From assembly GCA_937889645.1 (NCBI GenBank), contig CALBZE010000023.1, forward strand, positions 7,159 to 71,158: 64,000 nt of DNA, written 5' to 3'. Made by a program: the position numbers and the translations under genes. Every line of letters starts with the position of its first letter. The stretch's first letter is position 1. Source of the stretch: an uncultured bacterium (GTDB taxonomy: Bacteria; Gemmatimonadota; Gemmatimonadetes; Longimicrobiales; RSA9). The notes beneath the pieces are model-generated. The model was not told the origin of the DNA and searched no databases. It saw only the letters and a program-made list of their open reading frames with translations. Shown in pieces: positions 42,854-56,780 of this stretch.

Positions 42854-44428
42854 TCACCGACCGGGCTCGCGCAGCCGGCGGCGGGGTCGCTCGCCGGCGG
42901 TCGGGCGACGGTCGTAGTCGACGCGCACGCTGCGCCCCTTGAGCGTGGTCCCGTTGACCGCGCGGATCACGCGGTCCGCGACCGCGCTGTCGACTTCGAC
43001 GATCGAGAGGTTGTCGCGGATCTCGATCCTGCCGACCTTGTCGCCCTTGATGTTCGCCTCGCCGGTGATCGCGCCGACGAGGTCGCCGGGTCGGACGCCG
43101 TCGCGGGCGCCGACGCCGAAGAAGAGGCGGACGAACGCGGGCGGCGCGGGCGCGGCCGGCCGGGGCGCGGCGGGCGCTTCGATGGCCTCCGGGCGTGCCT
43201 CGACGGGCGCGGGCGGTCTGCGCCGCAGGAGCGCACTGGCCGCGGCCGCGACCTCGGCGGGCGAATAGCGCTCGAAGAGCGGCTGGAGCACGAGGAGCTG
43301 CGCGCCGAGGTCCTCCTCGGCGATGGCGCGCTCGAGCATGGCGCGGAACGCCCCGAGCTCGGCGGCGGCCGGGGCCGCGTGCGGCAGGTGTCGCGGGCGG
43401 GGCGAGAAGTTCGCCCGCTCGGCGATGCGGTAGAGGTGCGGCCGCTCGCGCGGCTCGATCAGGACGAGCCCGCCGGCGGCGTGGCGAACCGCGAGGTCGT
43501 CCGCGTCGAATGAGACGTCGTAGCTGACGACGAACGCGCCGTCGGGCGCGGCCTCGTCGGGGGCGAGCGTGACGATCCGCGCATCCACGCCGGTGCCGCG
43601 GGCCGCGCGGAAGCCGCGCAGGACGAGGTCGTCGGCGAGCGACTGTGCGCGGGCGCCGGTGCGGCAGTAGACGGCGACGTCGGCCGGGGCGTCGCGGCCG
43701 GCGAGGAACGCGGCGAGCGCCGTCGTCTTGTCCCCGGCGACGATGGCGTAGTCGACGGGGCGCGTCTCGACGGGCGGCGACGCCGGCTCGTCGACCTCGG
43801 TCGGGATCGGCGGAATCTGGAGCGCGCGGCGGACGTGCCGCTCGATGTAGTCGTCGACGGCGTCGGTGCGCTCGGACGAGGCGACGACGCGCTGCGCCTC
43901 GCGCGGCGCGGAGTTGGTGATCGCCTCGAGGGCGTCCTGCGCGTCCAGCGCGAGGATCGCGGCGAGGTCGTCGATGACGAGCGTGAGGAGACCGCCGAGC
44001 TTGAGCGCCGAGGCGTGCACGGCGTCGAGCGCCGCGGCCGGCGTGGCGACGACGACCTCGGCCTCGCGGGCGTCGGCGGCCCAGCCGGGCGCGAGCGCGG
44101 CGATGCGCAGCGTGGTGCCGCGCGCGTAGCGGGCGATCGAGGCCGCGGTCCACGCCGCGACCTCCGGGGTGGGCACCAGCACCAGGGCGCGCAGCGCGCC
44201 CGCCTCCTCCTCCACCACCGCCTCCTCGCCGAGGAGTCGATCGATCAATGCAAGTCCGTATGCGCCGACCACCCCGGCGCCGGCGGATGCGTTCAGCACG
44301 GCGTTGCCGCCTCGGCGCAGCACCGGCACCGCGGCACGTTGCAGCGGCGTCGGCGCGTCGTAACCCAGCGACTCCAACCCCTCGACTAGCTCGGGCCTGA
44401 GCCCGAGATCCCCGAATCCGTCAGGCAT
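42854..44428 (-). CDS. DEAD-box helicase homolog with degenerate ATPase motifs and a DbpA-type C-terminal RNA-binding domain (524 aa)
   Basis: ATG at 44428. Q-motif region [15 protein letters not shown] is retained. Motif I reads [12 protein letters not shown] (no GKT), motif [10 protein letters not shown] (no DEAD), motif VI region VRHAAGG. C-terminal [28 protein letters not shown]...[12 protein letters not shown]. Confidence 0.75.
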   Translation of the reverse strand: MPDGFGDLGLRPELVEGLESLGYDAPTPLQRAAVPVLRRGGNAVLNASAGAGVVGAYGLALIDRLLGEEAVVEEEAGALRALVLVPTPEVAAWTAASIARYARGTTLRIAALAPGWAADAREAEVVVATPAAALDAVHASALKLGGLLTLVIDDLAAILALDAQDALEAITNSAPREAQRVVASSERTDAVDDYIERHVRRALQIPPIPTEVDEPASPPVETRPVDYAIVAGDKTTALAAFLAGRDAPADVAVYCRTGARAQSLADDLVLRGFRAARGTGVDARIVTLAPDEAAPDGAFVVSYDVSFDADDLAVRHAAGGLVLIEPRERPHLYRIAERANFSPRPRHLPHAAPAAAELGAFRAMLERAIAEEDLGAQLLVLQPLFERYSPAEVAAAASALLRRRPPAPVEARPEAIEAPAAPRPAAPAPPAFVRLFFGVGARDGVRPGDLVGAITGEANIKGDKVGRIEIRDNLSIVEVDSAVADRVIRAVNGTTLKGRSVRVDYDRRPTAGERPRRRLREPGR

Positions 44429-44544
44429 TCCCACCCTCTTCACACGAGTTGTCAATGGAAACGGCGGCGGAAATATATCGCCTTGCAAGTGTTCTGCCCA
44501 GTCGTGTACCTTCGGCGCTCGCCTTCGAACCCGGACGGTGCCAC

Positions 44545-45957
<1,413 letters not shown>

Positions 45958-45974
45958 CCTCCGCGCCGCTCGCT

Positions 45975-46259
45975 CTACCTCCGCACCGGATCCCCGGGCT
46001 GGTACGGCAGCTTGTTCAGGAAGTACTGGGTCTCGATGTCGAGGCGGGACGTCCGGAGCTGGTCGGTCCTGGCGTGGACGACGGTGTCCGGGCCGTGGCG
46101 GTGCGCTTCGATCGTGACCTTGCCGTCGCCTCCCTCGAGCGTGATCGAGTGGCGGTCCTCGCCCACCTTCTCGATGGGGAGGCGCTCGGTGAGGATCTCT
46201 TCGGCGGTCTTCAGGACCTCGCGGATCGACGCCGCGGTGATGCGTTCGTAGTCGGCCAT
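45975..46259 (-). CDS. hypothetical protein (94 aa)
   Basis: ATG at 46259 inside ORF 45975..47105. MADYERITAASIREVLKTAEEILTERLPIEKVGEDRHSITLEGGDGKVTIEAHRHGPDTVVHARTD... has a natural composition. Confidence 0.6.
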   Translation of the reverse strand: MADYERITAASIREVLKTAEEILTERLPIEKVGEDRHSITLEGGDGKVTIEAHRHGPDTVVHARTDQLRTSRLDIETQYFLNKLPYQPGDPVRR

Positions 46260-46354
46260 GGCTCTCGTGTGCGACAGTGGTTCGACAGCGAGGCCGACAA
46301 TCTGAACGGCGGTCGTCGCGGGGGCAAGGCGCGCGGTGCTCGGTGCGCCGGGGT

Positions 46355-47218
46355 TCAGCCGGACAGGACGCGGTCGGCGTAGCCGTTGTCGGGGTCGCCG
46401 CCGCGGGCGAGGATGCGGTCGACGGTGCCGGGTCCGCGGTTGTAGGCCAGGAGCGCGAGGCGGACGTTGCCGTCGTACTTGTCGATCAGGCTGCGTAGGT
46501 AGCGGAACCCGAGATCGAGGTTGAGCGCGCGGTCGAAGAGATCCTCGGCGGTGGTGCCGGGCCGGAGCCAGCGAGCGGTGCGGGGCATGACCTGCGTGAG
46601 GCCTCGGGCGCCGACGTGGCTCACCGCGCGCGGGTCGAACGTGCTCTCGGTGTTGACGAGCCCGAAGGCGACGTCGGGGTCGATGTCGTTGCGGACCGCG
46701 GCGTCGTAGATGTCCTCGGCCAGGTCGCGCGAGATGCCGTAACGGATGCGAGCGCCTTCGATGGTGTCCTCGCGGACCTGCTCGGCCTCGCTGCGCGCCC
46801 ACTCCTGACTGACGGCCTCCTCGATGTCGCCGGGTCGCGCGGCGGCGGCGGCGCGGGCCTCGCGTTCGGCCCGCCCTGGTGGCACCTCGGCGGCCGCGCG
46901 GGTGGGCTTGGCGATCGGCGCCGCCGCGCCCGCGATCGTGAGCCCGATGATCGGTTCGCGGTACCGGCGCAGCATCTCGCGCGCGCGGCGCACCCAACCC
47001 CGCTCCTCCTGCCGTTCCCTGAACTGCTCCCAGCGTCTGCGCGCCTCCTCGCGGTGGCCGCGACGCCGGCGCTCGGGCGGTGGTGCGTCGTATGCCCGGG
47101 GCCATCGGTGGTGGCGACGCCGGCGGTATTCGCGATCGTAGGCGTGGACGTCGACGTCGTATGGCACGAAGGGGCGGCGCGGCGCACCGCCGCGCCGGTC
47201 ACGGTACCGACCGTCCAT
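46355..47218 (-). CDS. membrane-anchored lytic transglycosylase (SLT domain), 287 aa
   Basis: C-terminal AFGLVNTESTFDPRAVSHVGARGLTQVMP...LLAYNRGPG (SLT catalytic Glu-Ser context). Basic N-terminus with one hydrophobic segment, IIGLTIAGAAAPIA. Confidence 0.8.
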   Translation of the reverse strand: MDGRYRDRRGGAPRRPFVPYDVDVHAYDREYRRRRHHRWPRAYDAPPPERRRRGHREEARRRWEQFRERQEERGWVRRAREMLRRYREPIIGLTIAGAAAPIAKPTRAAAEVPPGRAEREARAAAAARPGDIEEAVSQEWARSEAEQVREDTIEGARIRYGISRDLAEDIYDAAVRNDIDPDVAFGLVNTESTFDPRAVSHVGARGLTQVMPRTARWLRPGTTAEDLFDRALNLDLGFRYLRSLIDKYDGNVRLALLAYNRGPGTVDRILARGGDPDNGYADRVLSG

Positions 47219-47293
47219 TCGCTCTCCCCGGGGCCATCGTTCGCACTTGCCGTAGCCGGCCGGTCGCCAGCGGGTGCAGCATCCGTGCCCGCC

Positions 47294-48331
47294 TCAGTCC
47301 AGCCTGCAATCGATCCGCGAGATCGTTCCCGGCACGTCGCTCGGCCCGGCCTCGCTGGTCAGGACGAGCGACCCATCCGGCCCGAATGCGACGGCCTCGC
47401 CCTGCGGCTCGGCGAGGATCTGGAGGTCGATGCCGGGGTCGGGGAGGAGCGGGCGCAGGCGGCCGCGCCAGGCGACACGGTAGATCTGCACCGACGTGTA
47501 GGTCCGTACGGCGACCCACCGGCCGTCGGGGGACGCGTCGGCGCCGGTCACCTGGTACGGCAGCCCCACGGGCGTCTGCCTGAAGCGAGCGACCTCGCGC
47601 AAGACGACGACCTCGTCGGCGCGCGGCCGGCCCGGGTAGCGGAAGAGCGTGGGCGGCGCCTGGCGCCCCTTGCTGACGAGATAGATCGTGCCGTCGGGGA
47701 GCACGTAGATCGCCTCGGTGTCGACGACGTCGCCGGGGTAGCGGATCGCGATGCGCTCGGCCGGCGCGGTCGCCGAATCGTCCGGCGACGGCTCGGGGAC
47801 GCGGTAGATCGCGACCTCCTCGCGCGAGCCGAGGTTGTTGCCCGTGTCGGCGATGTAGAGGCAGTCGCCGGCGTCGTCGCCGCAGGGGGCGAGGGCGATG
47901 TCTTCCCAGTCGTGGTTCTCGGCGCCGGTGACGCGGACGCGGCCGAGGAGCCGGCCTGCCGAGTCGATCGCGAAGACGAACGCCTCGTCGCCCGAGTCGT
48001 TGTGCGTCCAGAAGACGCCCGGGTGGCTGCGGCTCGCGGCGAGTCCGCTCGATTCGGCGACGTCGGCCGGGAGCGTGCCGGTGCGGCGCGGCTCGTCGCA
48101 GAGCGATGCATTGCGTGCGGGGGACGAGCAGGAGAGTGCGACGAGCGCGACGGCGGCGGGCGCGAGGCGCGCGACGGCGCGGGGTACGAGCGGTGCGCGG
48201 CGACGGGGTGTCCGGCGGCGGGCGCGGCGATCGCCCCGCCGGCCGTTTTCCCGTCCGCCTATCGGGCGCCCTGCCGTCCGCCGGCCCGAGCCGAACGCGC
48301 TTTCCGCTCCGTTCCGCGCAACGTGTTTCAT
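47294..48331 (-). CDS. secreted/lipoprotein, probable beta-propeller, unknown family (345 aa)
   Basis: ATG 48331 is the only in-frame start (no ATG/GTG/TTG before the signal segment AVALVALSC). ESSGLAAS...VFWTHNDSGD...LYIADTGNN...IYLVSKG... blade-like repeats. Confidence 0.7.
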   Translation of the reverse strand: MKHVARNGAESAFGSGRRTAGRPIGGRENGRRGDRRARRRTPRRRAPLVPRAVARLAPAAVALVALSCSSPARNASLCDEPRRTGTLPADVAESSGLAASRSHPGVFWTHNDSGDEAFVFAIDSAGRLLGRVRVTGAENHDWEDIALAPCGDDAGDCLYIADTGNNLGSREEVAIYRVPEPSPDDSATAPAERIAIRYPGDVVDTEAIYVLPDGTIYLVSKGRQAPPTLFRYPGRPRADEVVVLREVARFRQTPVGLPYQVTGADASPDGRWVAVRTYTSVQIYRVAWRGRLRPLLPDPGIDLQILAEPQGEAVAFGPDGSLVLTSEAGPSDVPGTISRIDCRLD

Positions 48332-48525
48332 CGCCGAAGAATGCCCGGAGCGGCGGGGCGGCGTCAAGCGGAGGCGGCGCCCACGTGTCGGCACGGTTCG
48401 GTGGTCTTCGCGCCCGCCCGGCACCCGGCGGCCCCCGCCGCGCCGGCCGGCCTTGACCTCGCCCCCGCTCGGGGCTAGGGTCCGACGGGTACGGAGATCC
48501 ACGTCGCAACGCGAAAACGACGACC

Positions 48526-49017
48526 ATGCAAGCAGAACCCGTCCGCGTCCTGTTCGTCTGCTTGGGGAACATCTGCCGATCGCCGATGGCGGAGGCGGTC
48601 TTCCGGGCGCTGGTCCGGGACGACGGCATCGAGGACCGGTTCGATATCGACTCGGCGGGGACCTCGGACTACCACGAGGGCGAGCCGCCGGACGCGCGGG
48701 CGCGCGAGGTCGCGCGCAGGCGCGGGATCCGGCTGACCGGCCGCTCGCGGCCGATCCGGGTGGAGGACGTGCACCGCTTCGACTACGTCCTGGTGATGGA
48801 CTCCGAGAACCTGCGCGACGTCGTCCGACTGGCGGGGAGCGCCGAGGTCCGCGCGAAGGTGCGGCGGTTGCGGGAGTTCGACCCGCTCGCGAACGGGGAT
48901 CTCGACGTCCCCGACCCGTACTACGGCGGCCGCGAAGGTTTCGAGCGCGTGCAGGAGATGCTGGAGCGGTCGTGCCGTGGGCTCCTGGATCACATACGCA
49001 GCGACCGCGGATTGTGA
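48526..49017 (+). CDS. low-molecular-weight protein-tyrosine phosphatase (163 aa)
   Basis: VLFVCLGNICRSPMAE (CX5R-S P-loop) and a DPYY-containing C-terminal half. Confidence 0.9.
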   Translation: MQAEPVRVLFVCLGNICRSPMAEAVFRALVRDDGIEDRFDIDSAGTSDYHEGEPPDARAREVARRRGIRLTGRSRPIRVEDVHRFDYVLVMDSENLRDVVRLAGSAEVRAKVRRLREFDPLANGDLDVPDPYYGGREGFERVQEMLERSCRGLLDHIRSDRGL

Positions 49018-49952
49018 AGCGAGAGCTACCGACGGACCTGGCCGAAGGCGTGCAGGCGGCGCTGGACGCGCGGGCGGGGAAGCATTCGCCGCTGAGCCAC
49101 GTCTCGCCCGTCGGCGGCGGGTGCATCCACAACGCGTATCGGATCGAGACGGAGGCGGGCGACGTCGCCTTCCTGAAGTGGAGCCCGCGCGGGTCGGTCC
49201 CGCCGGGCGTGTTCCGCGCGGAGGTCGCGGGGCTGCGCGCGCTCGCGGCGACGGGCGCGCTGCGGGTGCCGGCGGTGCTGGACGTCTTCGACCCATTTGA
49301 CGCGTCGGAGGCCGGCGACCGGCCGACCGCGTGGCTCCTCCTCGAGTGGCTGGAGCCCGGGCGCGCGGGGCCGGAGACGTGGCCGCGCCTCGGCCGTGGG
49401 CTCGCCGCGATGCACCGGGCCCGCGCGGACCGGTGGGGCGCCGAAGAGGGGAACTTCATTGGGCCGCTCCCGCAGCCCAACGGCTGGTTCGACGACTGGG
49501 CGGCCTTCTGGCGCGAGCGACGCCTCGAGCCGCAGCTCCGGCTCGCGTACGACGCCGGTCACTTCGGCCCGGCCGAGCGCCGTCGCTTCGACCGCCTCCT
49601 CGACACGCTCGACGACGTCCTCGCCGGCGCGGATGCCGACGGTCCGTCCCTCCTCCACGGCGACCTCTGGAGCGGGAACGTCCACGTCATGGCCGGAGGC
49701 GAGCCGGCGCTGCTCGACCCCGCCGCGTACCACGGGCACCGCGAGGTCGACCTGGCGATGGCGGAGCTATTCGGCGGGCTCGAGCCGGCGTTCTTCGACG
49801 CGTACGCCGAGGCGTGGCCGCTGCAGCCCGGGTACCGCCCGCGGCGCCGCGCGGCGTACCAGCTCTACTACCTCCTCGTCCACGTCAACCTGTTCGGCGC
49901 GGGGTACGTCGGCGCCACGCTGCGGGCGCTCGCGCAAGCGCTCGGCGGGTAG
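49014..49952 (+). CDS. fructosamine/ketosamine-3-kinase family protein (312 aa)
   Basis: GTG at 49014 overlaps the TGA of the phosphatase (GTGA). ...GGGCIHNAYRIET...FLKW...LLHGDLWSGNV...DPAAYHGHREVDLAM... Confidence 0.85.
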   Translation: MKRELPTDLAEGVQAALDARAGKHSPLSHVSPVGGGCIHNAYRIETEAGDVAFLKWSPRGSVPPGVFRAEVAGLRALAATGALRVPAVLDVFDPFDASEAGDRPTAWLLLEWLEPGRAGPETWPRLGRGLAAMHRARADRWGAEEGNFIGPLPQPNGWFDDWAAFWRERRLEPQLRLAYDAGHFGPAERRRFDRLLDTLDDVLAGADADGPSLLHGDLWSGNVHVMAGGEPALLDPAAYHGHREVDLAMAELFGGLEPAFFDAYAEAWPLQPGYRPRRRAAYQLYYLLVHVNLFGAGYVGATLRALAQALGG

Positions 49953-50034
49953 CGAGCGGGAAGCGCGGCCGCCCGCTGTGCCCGGCCGGCGGCGGCCTGC
50001 CCGGCCGACGTGAGCCGCCCGCTTGGCCCGCCCC

Positions 50035-53085
<3,051 letters not shown>

Positions 53086-53179
53086 TCCGCTCGGGTCCCT
53101 GACCGCTCCTCCGCCTTGCCCGGGGGGCCAGTTGCATTTCCCGGGCCGGTCGCGTCCCAGAGCGAATCGAGCGGGTGCG

Positions 53180-54376
53180 CTAGCGGACCAGAGCGTCGGC
53201 CATCCTCGACACCGCGCGGTCGAGCGCTTCCTCCGACGCCGCGAAGGACAGGCGCACGAACCGGTCGTCGCCGAAGGCGGCGCCCGGCACGAGCGCGACG
53301 CCCGCGCGGTCGAGCAGGTCGTTGCAGAACGAGACCGAGTCGGTCACGTCGCCGGTGTAGAAGCCGTCGGCGCGGAAGAAGAGGTAGAACGCGCCGTCCG
53401 GACGGACGTACGGCACGTCCGGCAGCCGCTCGCGGAACAGGTCGAGCAACAGGTCGCGGCGCTGGCGAAACACCTCGACCATCTTCGCGATCGCCTCTTC
53501 CTCGAGCGGTTCGGCGTTGTACGCCGCGATCGCCGCGTGCTGGGACGGCGCCGCCGCGTTCGACGTGATGTGGCTCTGCAGCGCCGCCATGTGGCCGGCC
53601 AGCACGGGGTCCGAGTAGGAGAAGCCGATGCGCCAACCCGTCATCGCGAACGCCTTGGATGCGCCGTCGATGACGACGGTGCGCTCGGCGAGCGCCGGGT
53701 CCAGGTTGAGGACTCCCGCGGCCGGACCGGCCGCGGCGAAGTGGATCCGCGAGTAGATCTCGTCGCTCAGGATCCAGACGTCGCGCTCGGCGGCCCAGCG
53801 CGCGATCGATTCCAGCTCCTGGCGCGTATAGACCGCGCCCGTCGGGTTCGACGGCGAGTTCAGGATCAGCCCGCGCACGCGCTCGTCCCAGGCCGCGTCC
53901 AGCTCCTCCGGCCCGAGCTTGAAGCCGCGCTCCTCGCGGGCGCGCACGATCACCGGCTCCGCGCGCGAGAGCTTGACCAGCTCCGGGTAGCTCGTCCAGT
54001 ACGGCGCAGGGATCAGCACCTTGTCGCCAGGGCCGAAGAGGACGAAGCAGGCGTTGAAGATCGCCTGTTTCGCGCCCGCCGTGACGACGATGCCCTTGGG
54101 ATCGAACGGGCGGCCGTAGCGGCGCTCGAGACTCGAGGCGATCGCCTGGCGCAGCGCGGACAGCCCGGCGGGCGGCGTGTAGCGCGTCTCGCCGTTCGCG
54201 ATCGCGGCGATCCCCGCCTGCGCGATGAAGTCCGGCGTCCGGAAATCCGGCTCGCCCGCGCTCAGGTCGATGATGTCGCGGCCCTGGGCGCGCAGCTCCT
54301 TGGCCAGCGCCGCGACCGCCATGGTCGCCGAAGGCGTCAACTCCGCGATGTTCTGACTGATACGCACGGTTCGCAC
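53180..54376 (-). CDS. class I PLP-dependent aminotransferase (aspartate aminotransferase-like), 398 aa
   Basis: ...IDLSAGEPDF..., NSPSNPTGAVY, SKAFAMTGWRIG (PLP-lysine context), ...RLSFAASEE... Confidence 0.9.
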   Translation of the reverse strand: MRTVRISQNIAELTPSATMAVAALAKELRAQGRDIIDLSAGEPDFRTPDFIAQAGIAAIANGETRYTPPAGLSALRQAIASSLERRYGRPFDPKGIVVTAGAKQAIFNACFVLFGPGDKVLIPAPYWTSYPELVKLSRAEPVIVRAREERGFKLGPEELDAAWDERVRGLILNSPSNPTGAVYTRQELESIARWAAERDVWILSDEIYSRIHFAAAGPAAGVLNLDPALAERTVVIDGASKAFAMTGWRIGFSYSDPVLAGHMAALQSHITSNAAAPSQHAAIAAYNAEPLEEEAIAKMVEVFRQRRDLLLDLFRERLPDVPYVRPDGAFYLFFRADGFYTGDVTDSVSFCNDLLDRAGVALVPGAAFGDDRFVRLSFAASEEALDRAVSRMADALVR

Positions 54377-54642
54377 TCGGTTGGGGGAGCAGGACGCCGA
54401 AAGATTGGGGCGCGCCGCCCAGAGGACAAGTTCCGGGCCACGGCACCATCGGTGCAGGCGCGGGGTAGGGCGTGGAAGGCGCGCGGGCGCCCGCCGCGGT
54501 CGTGGGTGCCGGCCCCCGCGGACATTGCAGCCTGCCCGTCGCGGTCGCGGCGGTCTGCCCGTCGCGCGCGGTCACGGCGGCTTGCCCGCCGCGGTCGACG
54601 TGGTGTCCCGACGTTCGAGAACCCGAGGCGGAAGTCCACCGG

Positions 54643-56280
54643 ATGACATCGAGGAATCGTGATCGCGTCCGCCGGGTCGCGCGGCTCGTGGCGGCGCCGT
54701 CGGGCAGACGCCGCTCGGAGGCGGCGCCGTCCGTCCTTCGCAGGTCCATCGCCGCGGCCATCGCTGCGTTGGCGCTTGCTACGCTCGGCGCGTCGCCGGC
54801 GACGGCGCAACGAGCCGACTTCGGTTCCGCACCGGCCCCGCCCCGGATCGACACCCTCGCCCTCCGCGAGCACACCCGCTTCCTCGCCGACGACCGGCTC
54901 GAGGGGCGCGGGACGGGGACGCCGGGCGAGCGCATCGCCGCCGACTACATCCGTCGGCAGCTCGAGCGGATCGGCGCGCGCGGCGCCGCGGCCGACGGCG
55001 GCTACCTCCAGCCGATCCCGCTGCGCGTGGCCACGATCGACGACGCCGCGACGCGAGTCGCCGTGGTACGCGACGGCACGCGTGCCGAATTCGCGAGCGG
55101 CAGCGACTTCATCGTCGAGCGCGGCGGCCGCGGCGCGTTCCGCGACTTTTCCGGGGCGGCGATCTTCGCCGGGACCGCGGCCATCGCGCGCGACGCGCTG
55201 GCCCGCCACGAGCGGCTGGACGGGCACGTGGTCGTCCTGATCGGCACGCTCGGCGACCACGCCGCGGAGCTGATCCCGGATTGGACGCGGCGCGGCGCCG
55301 AAGGCGTCGTCTACATCGTCCCCGAGAGGGACCGATTCGATGCGTACGCGCGCAGCCGCGGCGGTGAGCGCTACTACGTCGATGCCGACGTCGACGAACC
55401 CGCCTGGCAGTCGCCGCTCCCCACGCTCGTGGCCGGGCCGCGCCTGGCCGCGGCGCTGCTGGCCGGTGCGCCGCTCGCGCCCGACGCGCTGGACGGTTCG
55501 AAGCCGTTCGACGCCCTCCCCCTCGGCCGGACGCTCGAGGCGACGATCCGCGTCGCCGACACGCCGCTCCCCGCCGCGAACGTCGCGGCGCTGATCCCGG
55601 GGCGCGACCCGGCGCTGCGGGACGAGGTCGTCGCCTACACGGCCCACTACGACCACGTCGGGATCGGCCCGGCCGACGCGACCGGCGATTCGATCTACAA
55701 CGGCTTCTCGGACAACGCCGCGGGCGTCGCAATGCTGCTCGCCATCGGCGAGGCGTTCGTGCGCGAGCCGCCGGCGCGGTCGGTCCTACTCCTCTTCTTC
55801 ACGGGCGAGGAGCTGGGGTTGCTCGGATCGGCGTACTACGTGGCGGAGCCGCTGGTCCCGTTGGAGCGGACCGTCGCCGTCATCAACCTGGACGCCGGCG
55901 CGCCGCCCGCGCCGCCCCGGAGCTGGCGGGTCGCGGGCGGGACATCGTCGACCCTGGGCGACGTCGCGCGCAGCGTCGCCGCGGCGCAGGGGTGGACAGC
56001 CGAGCCGTCCGGCCCGCGGCCCAACTCGGATTACTGGCCGTTCCTCCACGCCGGCGTGCCGGCCGTCTTCCTCATCCCCGGCTCCGACTGGGAGGGTGTC
56101 ACGCGCGCCGAGCAGGAGGCGCTCCGCGCCCGCTGGGACCGCTACCACCAGCCCGGCGACGAGTGGCACCCGGAATTCCCCTTCGCGGGGCTGCGGCGTT
56201 ACGCGGAATTCGCGTGGCTGGTCGGGGCGGAGGTGGCGAATGCGCCCGGGCGGCCGAGGATGATGGGTGGGGGTGGGTGA
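54643..56280 (+). CDS. secreted M28-family metallopeptidase (aminopeptidase-like), 545 aa
   Basis: ATG at 54643. Signal ...AALALATLGASPATAQ. AHYDHVG, FSDNAAGVAMLL, LLFFTGEELGLLGSAYY metal-ligand contexts. The C-terminus ...RPRMMGGGG runs into the G-rich repeat. Confidence 0.85.
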   Translation: MTSRNRDRVRRVARLVAAPSGRRRSEAAPSVLRRSIAAAIAALALATLGASPATAQRADFGSAPAPPRIDTLALREHTRFLADDRLEGRGTGTPGERIAADYIRRQLERIGARGAAADGGYLQPIPLRVATIDDAATRVAVVRDGTRAEFASGSDFIVERGGRGAFRDFSGAAIFAGTAAIARDALARHERLDGHVVVLIGTLGDHAAELIPDWTRRGAEGVVYIVPERDRFDAYARSRGGERYYVDADVDEPAWQSPLPTLVAGPRLAAALLAGAPLAPDALDGSKPFDALPLGRTLEATIRVADTPLPAANVAALIPGRDPALRDEVVAYTAHYDHVGIGPADATGDSIYNGFSDNAAGVAMLLAIGEAFVREPPARSVLLLFFTGEELGLLGSAYYVAEPLVPLERTVAVINLDAGAPPAPPRSWRVAGGTSSTLGDVARSVAAAQGWTAEPSGPRPNSDYWPFLHAGVPAVFLIPGSDWEGVTRAEQEALRARWDRYHQPGDEWHPEFPFAGLRRYAEFAWLVGAEVANAPGRPRMMGGGG

Positions 56281-56398
56281 GGGGGCGTGTGGTGATGGGC
56301 GGTGGGGGTGGCGTGGCGGTGTGGTGGCGGGTGGCGGTGTGGTGGTGTGGCCCGGTTGGTTGGGGCGTGCGTAGTGTGTGGTGGCGGGTGGGTTTCGC
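56262..56398. repeat. G/T-rich low-complexity block (GGTGG/GGGTG/GGCGG iterations) starting inside the last codons of the M28 gene
   Basis: tgatgggtgggggtgggtgagggggcgtgtggtgatgggcggtgggggtggcgtggcggtgtggtggcgggtggcggtgtggtggtgtgg... read directly. Many G3-G5 runs on the plus strand. Confidence 0.8.
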
Positions 56399-56417
56399 AG
56401 GGACCGCGTCGCGGCCC

Positions 56418-56590
56418 AAAGTGCACCCATGGCCGGCTTGCCGCGGGAGCGGGTGCGAATTGGTGGAACTATTCTACCCAGTCGCACCATCGTTTCGGGC
56501 GGTGAATTTTCGGGTTCGGTTGGGTGGAAATATTCGACCAAATCGCACCATCGTCGTGCGGCGGGAGTTGTGGGTGCACTTCGGTAGAAT
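56418..56590. repeat. AT-richer island: an 11-bp inverted repeat enclosing two 32-nt direct repeats, with GTRGAAW motifs phased at 60-61 nt
   Basis: AAGTGCACCCA (56419-56429) / TGGGTGCACTT (56571-56581). GGTGGAACTATTCTACCCAGTCGCACCATCGT (56462-56493) versus GGTGGAAATATTCGACCAAATCGCACCATCGT (56523-56554), 28/32 identical. A third, shortened copy GGTAGAATCGCGCCACC at 56583. Confidence 0.8.
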
Positions 56591-56780
56591 CGCGCCACCC
56601 GACACCCACGCCGGCCCGGTGCTACCCCGCGCCCATCGCCCACTCGCCCTCGCCGCGCGTTCGCCCGCCGGGCCGGCTCCCGCAGCCGCCCCGGCCCGCC
56701 CACCGCACTTGCCCCGGACCGCACCGCGCCCGATCTTCCCCCGGCAATTCCCAGTATTGTCCCTGACGAGGAGGTGGAAC

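Noticed and set aside
44429-44544. Possible glycine/amino-acid riboswitch in the leader of the alanine/glycine:cation symporter gene.
   Set aside because: The leader is only ~115 nt. I could not find the conserved glycine-riboswitch core segments or a convincing aptamer-like fold by eye. A covariance-model scan (Rfam/Infernal) would be decisive.
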